DNA of 64,000 nucleotides from Chloroflexota bacterium (GCA_011322445.1 DRMV01000033.1:97560-161559); one strand, 5' to 3'. Shown: positions 29,195-39,333, counted from the stretch's first letter. The notes: a model not told the origin generated them from the letters alone. A program made the numbers and translations.

Positions 29195-30130
29195 ATGGCA
29201 AAAGTATCGATTATTGGCGCTGGTATGACCGGCTCCACCACCGCCCACTGGCTGGCGGAGCGCGAGATCGCCGACATCGTGCTGGTCGACATCATTGAAG
29301 GGATGCCCCAAGGCAAAGCCCTCGACCTGACCGAAGCCATGCCGGTGATCGGCAAAGACGCACACATTTTTGGCAGCAACGACTACGCCGACACCAAAAA
29401 CTCCGACATCGTCATCATCACCGCCGGCCTGCCCCGCAAGCCTGGCATGAGCCGCGACGATCTTCTGGTGACGAATGCGAAAATCGTAGCCGATGTGGCC
29501 CGCAAAACCTTAGAGCAATCCCCCGACGCCATCTTCATCGTGCTCACCAACCCGCTGGATGTGATGACCTACCTCACCTGGAAGGTCACCGGCCTGCCCA
29601 CCCACCGCATTGTCGGCCAGGCAGGCATTCTCGACTCTGCCCGGATGCGCGCCTTCGTGGCGATGGAAACCGGCGTGAGCGTGGAAAACATCAACTGCTA
29701 CGTGCTCGGCGGCCACGGCGACGATATGGTGCCCCTCACCCGCCATTCCAACATCGCAGGCGTTCCCCTGAACAAATACCTGCCGAAAGACAAACTGGAT
29801 GCCATCGTCGAGCGCACCCGCAAAGGCGGCGGCGAAATCGTTGGCCTGCTGAAGAAAGGCAGCGCCTTCTACGCGCCTTCCGCCGCGCTGGCTCAGATGG
29901 CCGAAGCCATCATCAAAGACAAACACCTCATCGTGCCCGCCACTTCTTACCTCGACGGCGAATATGGCATGCACGACATCTTCATTGGTGTGCCCACCAT
30001 GCTGGGCCGCAAGGGCGTTGAAAAGGTCATCGAATACGAACTCAATGACGAAGAGATGGCCGCCTTCAAGAAATCGGCCGACCATGTCAAATCCAATGTT
30101 GCCAAACTGACCGAATTCGACCTGCTTTAA
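29195..30130 (+). CDS. mdh: Malate dehydrogenase (LDH-like)
   Basis: IIGAG, TAGLPRKPGMSRDDL, LTNPLD, LDSARMR, LGGHGD, SAFYAPS. Confidence 0.96.
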   Translation: MAKVSIIGAGMTGSTTAHWLAEREIADIVLVDIIEGMPQGKALDLTEAMPVIGKDAHIFGSNDYADTKNSDIVIITAGLPRKPGMSRDDLLVTNAKIVADVARKTLEQSPDAIFIVLTNPLDVMTYLTWKVTGLPTHRIVGQAGILDSARMRAFVAMETGVSVENINCYVLGGHGDDMVPLTRHSNIAGVPLNKYLPKDKLDAIVERTRKGGGEIVGLLKKGSAFYAPSAALAQMAEAIIKDKHLIVPATSYLDGEYGMHDIFIGVPTMLGRKGVEKVIEYELNDEEMAAFKKSADHVKSNVAKLTEFDLL

Positions 30131-30139
30131 GCCCACCCA

Positions 30140-30174
30140 CAGGGAAGGACGCCAGAAGCGTCCTTCCCTGTTTT
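30140..30174 (+). terminator. Terminator after mdh
   Basis: CAGGGAAGGACGC-5nt-GCGTCCTTCCCTG-TTTT. Confidence 0.8.
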
Positions 30175-30200
30175 ATCATTCGTTCCAAGGAGGCTACCCC

Positions 30201-31502
30201 ATGTTACTGAAAGAACGGCTTGCTGCCGAAATTCCCGCCTGGCGTGACCGCCAGCGCAAACTGGCGAAGGAATACGGCGATGTCGTCGTGGACCAGGTCC
30301 ACATGCGTCAGCTTCTCGGCGGCCTGCGCGGCGTCAAGGCGCTGGTCACCGATATTTCTTACGTCGACCCCTACGAAGGCATTCGCTTCCGCGGGCACAC
30401 TATTCCTGAAGTGTTGGAAAAACTGCCCAAACCCGCCGAAGGCGATATGCCCTACGTCGGCGGCCTCTACTGGCTGCTGCTCACCGGCGACTTCCCCACC
30501 AAAGAAGAAGCCCTCTCGGTGGAAGAAGAATGGAAGAAGCGCATGGCGCTGCCCGAGCACATCTTCGACGTGCTCAAAGCCTTCCCCAAAGACGCACACC
30601 CGATGACCATGTTCGCGGCCGCGGTGCTGGCGTTGCAGCCCGAATCGGAATTCGCCAGGCGCTACAAAGAGGGCATGAAGAAAACCGAATATTGGGACCC
30701 GATGCTGGAAGACGCCCTCAGCCTGACCGCCAAACTGCCCGCCATCGCTGCTTACATTTACCGGCTGAAATACAAAGACGGCAAATTCATCGCCCCCGAC
30801 CCCAACCTCGACTGGGGCGCCAACTTCGCCCACATGATGGGTGTGGAAAACCCCGAATACAAGAACCTCAGCCGCCTCTACTTCATCCTGCACTCCGATC
30901 ACGAAAGCGGCAACGTCAGCGCCCACACCACCTACCTGGTTTCCTCGGCGCTCTCCGATATTTACTACTCCTTCTCCGCCGCCATGGACGGCTTGGCCGG
31001 CCCGTTGCACGGCCTCGCCAACCAGAACTGCCTTTACTGGCTGATGGGCGTAAAGGAAAAATTCGGTGGCGTGCCCACCCACGAGCAAATGCGCCAATAT
31101 GCGTGGGACACCCTGAACAGCGGTCAGGTCATCCCCGGCTACGGCCACGCCGTGCTGCGCCGCACCGACCCGCGCTACAAAGCGCAGTTCGAGTTCGCCC
31201 TCGAACACATGCCCGACGACCCGCTCTTCCAGACCGCCAAGGTGGCCTACGAGGTCATCCCCGACGTGCTGAAGGAACACGGCAAGGCCAAGAACCCGTG
31301 GCCCAACGTCGACGCCCTCAGCGGCACCCTGCAACAGCACTACGGCGTGAAGGAATCCGACTTCTACACCGTGATGTTCGGCGTCGGCCGCGCCCTGGGC
31401 GTGACCGCCAACACCGTGTGGGCACGCGCCCTGGGGCACCCCATCGAACGCCCCAAGTCGGTGACGACCGCCATGCTGGAAGAAGAGATCAAAGACAAGT
31501 AA
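30201..31502 (+). CDS. gltA: Citrate (Si)-synthase, eukaryote-like type
   Basis: GIRFRGHTIPE, SDHESGNVSAH, GLAGPLHGLANQ, VIPGYGHAVLR.TDPRY, NPWPNVDA. Confidence 0.93.
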   Translation: MLLKERLAAEIPAWRDRQRKLAKEYGDVVVDQVHMRQLLGGLRGVKALVTDISYVDPYEGIRFRGHTIPEVLEKLPKPAEGDMPYVGGLYWLLLTGDFPTKEEALSVEEEWKKRMALPEHIFDVLKAFPKDAHPMTMFAAAVLALQPESEFARRYKEGMKKTEYWDPMLEDALSLTAKLPAIAAYIYRLKYKDGKFIAPDPNLDWGANFAHMMGVENPEYKNLSRLYFILHSDHESGNVSAHTTYLVSSALSDIYYSFSAAMDGLAGPLHGLANQNCLYWLMGVKEKFGGVPTHEQMRQYAWDTLNSGQVIPGYGHAVLRRTDPRYKAQFEFALEHMPDDPLFQTAKVAYEVIPDVLKEHGKAKNPWPNVDALSGTLQQHYGVKESDFYTVMFGVGRALGVTANTVWARALGHPIERPKSVTTAMLEEEIKDK

Positions 31503-31529
31503 CCTCGCTTCTCCTCCTCCTCAAACACG

Positions 31530-31557
31530 CTCCCCCTGCCCAAACGGACAGGGGGAG
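31530..31557. terminator. Hairpin terminator after citrate synthase
   Basis: CTCCCCCTG...CAGGGGGAG. Confidence 0.6.
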
Positions 31558-31665
31558 TTGTTGATTTTCACCAAGTGGCGAGGCGTATCGCGCTCCGCCC
31601 ACGGCGTCTCACCACGGCTTTGGTATGGCGGCTGCTTTTTTCACCAATGCAATCGGCCGAGCATG

Positions 31666-31971
31666 CTACCCCGGCATAAACAGGGGAAGATCGTACAACG
31701 GTTCGTAAGTGCAGCGGCAGCCGCCCTCATGCGAGCAGCCCTCCACCGGCAACTGCGGCACTTCGTCTTTGGCATAAGTACCAGCCATACTCAAACACAC
31801 CGGGCAGGCATCGGCCGCGACGACCACCCGAATGGCCTTCACGCGCGGGTTTTCCCGATAGCGCCGCAACGCCACCGCCCGCGTGCTGAATTCCCGCAAA
31901 TCGACGCCGCACTTCGCACAATAAACTGCCGTATCAGGCGAAGTTGCATGACATTTGCTGCAAATCTGCAT
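31666..31971 (-). CDS. Small Cys-rich hypothetical protein (Zn ribbon + CPVC/CSH..CRC)
   Basis: CSKC..CAKC, CPVC, CSHEGGCRC; AGGAGG RBS before ATG 31971. Confidence 0.75.
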   Translation of the reverse strand: MQICSKCHATSPDTAVYCAKCGVDLREFSTRAVALRRYRENPRVKAIRVVVAADACPVCLSMAGTYAKDEVPQLPVEGCSHEGGCRCTYEPLYDLPLFMPG

Positions 31972-32168
31972 GGGAAGCCTCCTGGGAAACCTGAATTCGC
32001 ATGCTGTGTGCATTCTACCACAAAGCCGAGGCGCTACCAGAAGACGCAATTTTTATGAGAGTCTTATAAGAAATTCGCCGTTTTCCCTTGTGGCGGCTGC
32101 ACCAAGCGGTTACAATGCGGGGGATTGTTTCCCATTCCGCAAACACGACCATTGAGAAGGAGGTCATC

Positions 32169-32786
32169 ATGGCAAAAACCACTTTTGGCGAAGAAATTTA
32201 CCTGCGTGCCCTGACAGGCAAAATCGTTGGAGCGCAAATGATTGCTGACTATGCGAAAGTCGCTTTCGTTTCGCCGCGCAATATCATTTGCAGCGCCATC
32301 AGCGCCGCCGCCGAAGCCGCTTACATTCTGGAAACCGGCGCCCAGGCTGCCCACTTCATCGTCGAGCCCGGCCAGGAAGCCCAAGCCGCTCAGGCCGTCG
32401 CGGCCTTCCAACCCGAAGCGGTGGTGCTGATGTTCGGCGGCGAAACCCCCATCGAAGAAACCAAAACCCTGTTCGTCAACTTCCTCAAGGGGCTGGCCGA
32501 AGCCGACCTGTTCACCGACCTGATCGTCCATGTGCGCATCTTTGCTGCGGGTGGCTTGCAAGCCGCGCTGCAAGACGACACCATCCGCCCTTACCTGCTC
32601 GACAACGAGGTTTACGTGTACACTGCCAACCTCGACAAAGGCCTCTTCATCTACAACATTGCCCTCATTGACGAAGACGGCACCATTAGCCTCGACGAAC
32701 TGCTGGCCTTCCCCGTCACGGTGGAGCACGCCGAACTGCTCAACCGCTCGCTGCGCGACAAAACCTTGGCATGGGCTGACGCCTGA
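32169..32786 (+). CDS. Hypothetical protein
   Basis: GGAGG RBS, typical codon usage, own terminator; family not recognised. Confidence 0.8.
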   Translation: MAKTTFGEEIYLRALTGKIVGAQMIADYAKVAFVSPRNIICSAISAAAEAAYILETGAQAAHFIVEPGQEAQAAQAVAAFQPEAVVLMFGGETPIEETKTLFVNFLKGLAEADLFTDLIVHVRIFAAGGLQAALQDDTIRPYLLDNEVYVYTANLDKGLFIYNIALIDEDGTISLDELLAFPVTVEHAELLNRSLRDKTLAWADA

Positions 32787-32805
32787 GCAACCACGCCGTC
32801 CACGC

Positions 32806-32833
32806 ACGCCCTCGCTTCGGCGGGGGCGTTTTT
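32806..32833 (+). terminator. Intrinsic terminator
   Basis: ACGCCCTCGC-TTCG-GCGGGGGCGT-TTTT. Confidence 0.8.
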
Positions 32834-32906
32834 GTTTGCCTGCCCGCCTTCCCGTGCTATAATCACCCCCGCCGCGCCGCGGCAAATTTCGGCTGGAGGT
32901 TTCCCG

Positions 32907-34694
32907 ATGTACAAAACGCATACCTGCGGCGAACTGCGCGCCGAGCATGTTGGTCAGGAAGTTGCCCTCGCCGGCTGGGTTCACCGTCGCCGCGACCACG
33001 GCGGTGTGACTTTCATCGACCTGCGCGACCGCTTTGGCCTTGTGCAGATCGTCGCCGACGAAGCCACGCACCCCGAAGCCCACAAGGCCCTGGAAGCCGC
33101 CCGCAACGAATGGGTATTGCAGGTCAAAGGGCGCGTCCGCCGCCGCCCGGCAGGCTCTGAAAACCCCAACCTGCCCACCGGCGACATCGAAGTCGAAGTC
33201 TTCCAGGTGCAGGTGCTCAACCCCGCCAGGCCCACCCCCTTCACCATCAACAAAGACGACGGCGTAGACGAAAGCATCCGCCTGAAATACCGCTACCTCG
33301 ACCTGCGCCGCGAGGCCATGCGCCGCAACATCGAACTGCGCCACCGGGTGGTCAAATTCATCCGCGACTACCTCGACCGCCACGGCTTCCTGGAAATCGA
33401 AACGCCCATCCTCTTCAAATCCACGCCCGAAGGCGCACGCGACTACCTGGTGCCTTCCCGCGTGCATCCGGGCGAATTCTACGCCCTGCCGCAATCGCCC
33501 CAGCAACTCAAGCAATTGCTGATGGTCGGCGGCATCGAGCGTTACTTCCAGATTGCCCGCTGCTTCCGCGACGAAGACCTGCGCGGCGACCGCCAGCCGG
33601 AATTTACCCAACTCGACCTGGAAATGTCGTTCGTCGACCGGCGGGAAGACATCATGGACCTCATCGAGGGCCTGATGATCGAACTGGTGCACACCGTGGT
33701 GCCCGAAAAGCACATCCTGCAAACGCCCTTCCCGCGCCTCAGTTACCAGGAAGCCATCGACCGCTTCGGCACCGACCACCCCGACCTGCGCTTCGGCCTG
33801 GAAATCAAAGACATCGGCGACCTCGCCGCGGAGAGCAACTTCCGCGTGTTCACCCAGGCGCTGGAAAAAGGCGGGCTGGTGCGCGGCATCAACGCCAAAG
33901 GACTGGGCGTGCTCTCCCGCAAGGAAGTCGATGCCCTCACCGAGTTCGTCAAACAGCACGGCGCCAAAGGTCTGGCCTACTTTTACGTCGAAGAAAACGG
34001 CTTCCGCTCGCCGATTGCCAAATTCTTCTCGCCCGAAACGCTGGAAGCCATCGGCCAGCGGCTGGAAGCCGACCCCGGCGACCTGCTGCTCTTCGTGGCC
34101 GACGCCAACCGCGAAGTGGTTGCCGACGCCCTGGGGCGCCTGCGCGTCCACCTCGCCGACCGCCTCGGCCTGCGTGACCCCAACGTCCTGGCCTTCGTCT
34201 GGATCATCGACTTCCCCTGGGCTTTCTGGGATGAAGAAGAACAGCGTTGGGATCCCAGCCAGCACCCCTTCACTATGCCCATGCCAGAAGACATCCCCTT
34301 GCTGGAAACCGACCCCGGCAAAATGCGCGGCGCGCAATATGACCTGGTACTCAACAACTACGAAGTGGCGGGCGGCTCCATCCGCGTGCACGACCGCGAA
34401 CTGCAAGAGAAACTCTTCCGCCTCATCGGGCTGGATATGGAAACCGCGCGCGAGCGCTTCGGCCACATGCTGGAAGCCTTCGAATACGGCGCGCCGCCCC
34501 ACGGCGGCATCGCCTCGGGCATCGACCGCCTGGTGATGATCCTCGCCGACGCCCCCAACATCCGCGAAGTGATTGCCTTCCCCAAGAACCAGGCCGCCCG
34601 CGATGTCATGGCTGGCGCGCCTTCCCCCGTCGACGAAGCCCAACTACGCGAACTGCACATCAAACTCGACCTTCCCGAAGCGCCAAAACCCTGA
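32907..34694 (+). CDS. aspS: Aspartyl-tRNA synthetase (probably non-discriminating)
   Basis: [63 protein letters not shown]. Confidence 0.97.
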   Translation: MYKTHTCGELRAEHVGQEVALAGWVHRRRDHGGVTFIDLRDRFGLVQIVADEATHPEAHKALEAARNEWVLQVKGRVRRRPAGSENPNLPTGDIEVEVFQVQVLNPARPTPFTINKDDGVDESIRLKYRYLDLRREAMRRNIELRHRVVKFIRDYLDRHGFLEIETPILFKSTPEGARDYLVPSRVHPGEFYALPQSPQQLKQLLMVGGIERYFQIARCFRDEDLRGDRQPEFTQLDLEMSFVDRREDIMDLIEGLMIELVHTVVPEKHILQTPFPRLSYQEAIDRFGTDHPDLRFGLEIKDIGDLAAESNFRVFTQALEKGGLVRGINAKGLGVLSRKEVDALTEFVKQHGAKGLAYFYVEENGFRSPIAKFFSPETLEAIGQRLEADPGDLLLFVADANREVVADALGRLRVHLADRLGLRDPNVLAFVWIIDFPWAFWDEEEQRWDPSQHPFTMPMPEDIPLLETDPGKMRGAQYDLVLNNYEVAGGSIRVHDRELQEKLFRLIGLDMETARERFGHMLEAFEYGAPPHGGIASGIDRLVMILADAPNIREVIAFPKNQAARDVMAGAPSPVDEAQLRELHIKLDLPEAPKP

Positions 34695-34747
34695 AAACGA
34701 CACCCTCGTTCCTTCGCGGGCGGCCTCTGAGGTCGCCCGCTTCGCAT

Positions 34748-34776
34748 TTGACTTTCAAGGGGCTTTCCCCTATACT
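34748..34776 (+). promoter_or_regulatory. Near-consensus sigma70 promoter
   Basis: TTGACT-17 nt-TATACT. Confidence 0.75.
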
Positions 34777-34815
34777 CACAATAGGCCGTGCATCATCCCG
34801 GAAGGAGGCAAAACA

Positions 34816-35964
34816 ATGACTGAGCAACCGGTAAACCCTTCCCCTCAAGCCGCGCCGCAAGACCTCACCCCCGAAGAGGTCAAAGACCTCTTTGACGAAA
34901 GCACTGCCCCCAAAGAGGACCACGGCATGAGCGCATTGGAGCCTGCACTGGAAGGCAGCGACCACGCCGAGGCAAATGCCGCCGCAGAAGAGGAAGACAA
35001 AGGGATGCAAGCCACCGCCCCCATTTTGCCCGACGAGGCGGTGGAAGACAACCCGCCCCTGCCGCCGAGTTCCGCCATGCAGGGGGCGCCGCTCTTTAGC
35101 GCCGATGCAACCCTGCTGCCCGGCACCCGCTCCACACCTCCCGTCGCCGCCCCACCGGTTGACCCTTCCCTGCCACCCAACCCCACCCTGGTCGACGAAC
35201 TGGTTACCAAGAAGGCGCTCCACGACCTCTGGAAAGAGGCCGACGCGCTGCAAACGCGCATCAACGCCGAGGTCAACGACATCAACCGGGCACGCGCTTT
35301 GCTCAACCAGATTCAGGCCGCCCGCAATTATCTGCTGGCTGGCCGCGACAACTACGAAGAGGCCGCGCGGGCATTGAGCGAGGTCGCTTATCAGTTGGCT
35401 TTCCTGCAACGCGTGCGCAAGGCTTCCAAACAAGTGGGCGTCAAGCTCTTGCTCTACGAAGTGGCCTGGGCTTTCCTGATGGGCATTGCCATGTTTGTCG
35501 TACCGTGGGCGTTGCGCCGCTGGGCACCTTTCTTCGGCTATGCCAACGGCGCCACCACCGGCCTGCAAAGTGTGCAGTGGCTGGTCGATGGCTTCAAGAC
35601 CATGTTCTGGGGCAGCCTGGGCGGCGTCACCGGGGCGCTTTATGCCCTCTGGCGGCACGTGGCCGACAAGCAGGATTTCGACCCGCAATATGCGATGTGG
35701 TACATCACCAACCCTATCATGGGCTTTGCCCTGGGCGCTTTCATTTACCTCATCATGCAAGCCGGGCTGCTTTCCATGACCAGCGGGCAGCAGGCTGCAA
35801 TGGCAAGCGCGGTGCCCACTTTTGTGCTGGCATGGCTTTCGGGTTTCCAGCAAAACGTGGCTTATGACATCGTGCGGCGCATTCTCAAAGTCTTTCAACT
35901 GGAAGACAACACGCCGACCACCCCGCCGCCGCCGACCTCGGGCGCTGGTTCAAACGCTTCTTGA
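34816..35964 (+). CDS. Hypothetical membrane protein (acidic/Pro-rich N-terminus, helical middle, ~4 TM C-terminus)
   Basis: GGAGG RBS; hydrophobic segments with GSLGGVTGAL and WYITNPIMG. Confidence 0.8.
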   Translation: MTEQPVNPSPQAAPQDLTPEEVKDLFDESTAPKEDHGMSALEPALEGSDHAEANAAAEEEDKGMQATAPILPDEAVEDNPPLPPSSAMQGAPLFSADATLLPGTRSTPPVAAPPVDPSLPPNPTLVDELVTKKALHDLWKEADALQTRINAEVNDINRARALLNQIQAARNYLLAGRDNYEEAARALSEVAYQLAFLQRVRKASKQVGVKLLLYEVAWAFLMGIAMFVVPWALRRWAPFFGYANGATTGLQSVQWLVDGFKTMFWGSLGGVTGALYALWRHVADKQDFDPQYAMWYITNPIMGFALGAFIYLIMQAGLLSMTSGQQAAMASAVPTFVLAWLSGFQQNVAYDIVRRILKVFQLEDNTPTTPPPPTSGAGSNAS

Positions 35965-36141
35965 GGCATTTTCCGAGCCCCGCACAACCTCGATGCCCTA
36001 CTTTCTCTCCCCAACAGGCCGCGTTTTGCGGCCTGTTGCGCATGGACGGCACAGCCCTTGCACGCAACACCATGCCCGCCCGAAACGGCCTTCATGCTAT
36101 AATCCCTCCAATGCACGCTTCTCCTTGCCAGCCTTGACCCT

Positions 36142-38391
36142 ATGACCACACTTACCGCCCTTACCCAACTCCTCATCCAGCCCCCCGGCAGTTTCGCGTA
36201 TCACCTCGTGCTCTTGTTTGCCATCGGGGGCACCCTGCAAGCCGCCTGGATTCAGTGGCAGCGCACGGCTTACCCTCAAACACGCCGCCTGTTGACCGGT
36301 TTGCTGCTCTTGCTGGGCGTGCGGCTGGCCTACTTCGCCGTGGGAGGGCTGGCGTGGCAAAATGTGCTCGCGCCGCATCTTGTCATTCCCATCGCCGACC
36401 GCGCCGCAGGGGCTTTCTCGCTGGTGCTCTTCGCCTGGCTCTGGGGTTTCCCGGAACGCCACCGCACCGGCGACGCGCTCTTGTTGGGCGGCATTGGGAC
36501 AGTCGTGCTCGGCGTTGTCGCTTCTGTCATCATCTGGCCTTACTTCTCAGCCCGTTATTTCAACGGCTCGGTCGTTGACCTGGGCTGGAGCGGTTTCAAC
36601 ATCATGCTGGGGCTGGGCGGCTTTCTGCTGCTCGTGGAACGCCGCCCCAACGGGGCTACTGCGGGGAAAATTGCGCTGGGCATCCTCACTTTAGGCTACA
36701 CCATCCACGCGCTGCTGCCGCCGCCCTCGGGCGACCTGGATGGCTATCTGCGCCTGGCCGAGATCGTGGCCTACCCCCTGCTCTTCAGCCTGCCCTACCG
36801 TTTTGCCGCACCTCTCCGGCGAGAAGTGCGCCCCATTCAAGTGCAACAGGCCACCGCACCGCCGCCTGATCGCGCGGCACAAGAGGCTTTGCTGGAATTA
36901 TTGGGTACGCCCCCTGACGACGCCGAAGCCTGCCCCCGCATTGCCAAAACCGTCGCACTGTTGATGAAAGCCGACCTCTGTCTGGTCGTCACACCGCCGC
37001 GCAATGAACGACTGAGCATTGCCTGCGCTTACGACCTCATCCGCGAACAGGCTCTCAGCGGCACCTCCTTCCCGGCCCAGCAGGCCCCTATTTTGGTTGC
37101 TGCGATGACCCGCCGCCGCCCGCTGCGCCTTCCGGCCAGCAGCACCTCAGCCGACGCCCGCACCCTGACCGCGCTTCTGAGCCTCAACCGCAGTGGCCCC
37201 TTGCTGGCTGCCCCGCTGGATGGCGGTCCCGACCATCCCGTTCAAGGCAGCGTGGTGCTGCTTTCGGCCTACGCCCAACACTCATGGACCGCGGTCGAGC
37301 AGGAACGCCTGGCTGCCATCGCCCGTCACATCGGGCGCTGGCTGATCACCCACACACCCGCACCGCCGCCTTCCAGCGCCGAGCCTCAAGCCGAGCCCTC
37401 GGCCGAAATTACGGCGCGCCTGGCTGCTCTGGAAGAGCAGGTACTCGCCCTGACCGAAGAAAACGACGCCTTGCGCGCCCAGGCTTCCGAAGCCGCCCTG
37501 CTGCAAGACCGCCTGAAAGCGCTTGCTGCCGCCCACGAAGAAACCCAGCAAGTACTGGATGCGTTGGAAGCCGAAAACCGCCGCCTGCAAGCCGCGCTCG
37601 AAACCTCGGCCACCAAAGAGCAAATGACCGAGGAATACCATCAAAACCTCAAGGTGCTGCTTTCCAGCGCCCAAGACCTGCGCCAGCCTCTGGCTTCGCT
37701 CATGGGCTATGCCGACCTGCTGCTGGGCGAAAGCGTAGGCATTCTCGGCGCGCTGCAACGCCAGTTTGTGGAACGCATCCGCGCCAGCGCCGCCCGGATG
37801 GCACAGGCCGTGGACGACATGGTGCAGGCCCTTTCGCTGGAAACCGGCGGGCTGGAAATCAACCCACAGGAAATTGACCTCAACGAGGCGATCGACAACG
37901 CCCTCAGTCGCAACAGCGGTTTGTTGCGCGAAAAACGCCTTCTGCTGCGGGTAGACCTGCCTGAAACCCTTCCACCGGCGCGTCTGGATAGGGAAATGTT
38001 CCATCACATCCTCCATCACCTGCTGCGAAACGCCGCGCTGGCCTCGCCTGAAGAGAGCGAAATTCAGTTGCGCCTGAAAATCATGGAGGAAGAGGGAGAA
38101 CGGTTGCTCATGCTCGAAGTCACCGACAGCGGCGGCGGCGTTGCCCCAGAAGACCTGCCACACGTGTTCTCGCGGCGGTATCGCACCACTTACCGCACCA
38201 TTGACGGCCTGGGCGACAGCGGCCTGGGCATGCCGCTGGTGAAAGCCCTGGTGGAAGCCCTTCACGGGCGCATTTGGGCTGAGAGCACCGCGGGGCAGGG
38301 CACCACCTTTACCGTGCTTTTACCCTTGCCCCCAGTGGCCCAGCCTGCCCCGGCGGTGGCAGCCCCCTCTGAGGCCTCAAAAACGCCATGA
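36142..38391 (+). CDS. Membrane sensor with GAF-like domain, coiled coil and degenerate HisKA/HATPase (pseudokinase)
   Basis: ~7 TM N-terminus; AQDLRQPL at the H-box position; DSGGGV and SGLGM G-boxes. Confidence 0.85.
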   Translation: MTTLTALTQLLIQPPGSFAYHLVLLFAIGGTLQAAWIQWQRTAYPQTRRLLTGLLLLLGVRLAYFAVGGLAWQNVLAPHLVIPIADRAAGAFSLVLFAWLWGFPERHRTGDALLLGGIGTVVLGVVASVIIWPYFSARYFNGSVVDLGWSGFNIMLGLGGFLLLVERRPNGATAGKIALGILTLGYTIHALLPPPSGDLDGYLRLAEIVAYPLLFSLPYRFAAPLRREVRPIQVQQATAPPPDRAAQEALLELLGTPPDDAEACPRIAKTVALLMKADLCLVVTPPRNERLSIACAYDLIREQALSGTSFPAQQAPILVAAMTRRRPLRLPASSTSADARTLTALLSLNRSGPLLAAPLDGGPDHPVQGSVVLLSAYAQHSWTAVEQERLAAIARHIGRWLITHTPAPPPSSAEPQAEPSAEITARLAALEEQVLALTEENDALRAQASEAALLQDRLKALAAAHEETQQVLDALEAENRRLQAALETSATKEQMTEEYHQNLKVLLSSAQDLRQPLASLMGYADLLLGESVGILGALQRQFVERIRASAARMAQAVDDMVQALSLETGGLEINPQEIDLNEAIDNALSRNSGLLREKRLLLRVDLPETLPPARLDREMFHHILHHLLRNAALASPEESEIQLRLKIMEEEGERLLMLEVTDSGGGVAPEDLPHVFSRRYRTTYRTIDGLGDSGLGMPLVKALVEALHGRIWAESTAGQGTTFTVLLPLPPVAQPAPAVAAPSEASKTP

Positions 38392-39329
38392 AACCCTCCG
38401 GTTGGTTGGAAACCCTGAGTTACCTCGGCTTCACCGTCTTGTGGATTGCAGGCGCTCTCGGCGGGCTGTGGACGGTCAAAGCCGAAGATAGCATTCCGCG
38501 GCAAGGCAACGAGGCCAGCCAGCCGCGACAGGTCGTGCTGTTCAGCACCCCTATTCCGTTCCCCACGCTGGCCCCCACCGCCGCTGCAGGAGCGAAAGCC
38601 ACACCGGCCCCCACGGCAACACCATCGTGTCATCCCCCGAAAGGCTGGCATGCCATCACCATCGCCGCGGGCGAAACGCTGAAAACCCTTGCCGCCCGCT
38701 ATCACACCACCGCGGGTGCGCTGCAAAAAGCCAACTGCCTGCCCGCACCGGCATTAGTGGCCGGGACCACGCTGTTCGTGCCGTCGCGCCCCACCGCCAC
38801 ACCTCCGCCGCACCCCACCGCCACGGCGCCAGCCTGCGGCCCTCTCCCCGGCTGGGTAGAACACACCGTCCAGCCCGGCGAAAACCTGTACCGTATCAGT
38901 TTGGCCTACCGGGTCAGCATCGCACTGCTGTTGCGCGCCAACTGCCTGCCCGGCACCCTCATCTATGCGGGGGAACGCCTTTGGGTCCCCAATGTGCCCA
39001 CCAGCACCCCGGCGTGGACGGCTACCGCCGTCGCCACCCCTACCCTCACTCCCACAGCCACTCCGACGGCCGTTGCCACCGCCACCCCTACGGCCTCGGC
39101 CACCGCGGCGGCTTCCCCCACCTCCACCGCCACCCCTACGCCAACAGCCACCGGTCCTACGCCCACGCCAACATCCACACCTACCCCCACGGCGACCGCA
39201 ACGCCCACACCCACCCCCACCGCCACCAACACACCGCTGCCGCCGACCTCCACCCCCACCCCCTCGCCGACCAATACCCCCGTGCCGCCGACCAATACGC
39301 CCACGCCCACTCCCACCCCTACCCCCTGA
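38388..39329 (+). CDS. Two-LysM peptidoglycan-binding protein with Pro/Thr tail
   Basis: Two repeats (H.IAAGETL..LA.RY / HTVQPGENLYRISLAY...NCL), long PT repeats. Confidence 0.88.
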   Translation: MKPSGWLETLSYLGFTVLWIAGALGGLWTVKAEDSIPRQGNEASQPRQVVLFSTPIPFPTLAPTAAAGAKATPAPTATPSCHPPKGWHAITIAAGETLKTLAARYHTTAGALQKANCLPAPALVAGTTLFVPSRPTATPPPHPTATAPACGPLPGWVEHTVQPGENLYRISLAYRVSIALLLRANCLPGTLIYAGERLWVPNVPTSTPAWTATAVATPTLTPTATPTAVATATPTASATAAASPTSTATPTPTATGPTPTPTSTPTPTATATPTPTPTATNTPLPPTSTPTPSPTNTPVPPTNTPTPTPTPTP

Positions 39330-39333
39330 TACC

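Noticed and set aside
32064-34643. Long antisense ORFs (e.g. 859 aa opposite aspS; 713 aa at 45374-47515; 759 aa at 55472-57751)
   Set aside because: Shadow frames typical of high-GC coding DNA; no motifs or RBS
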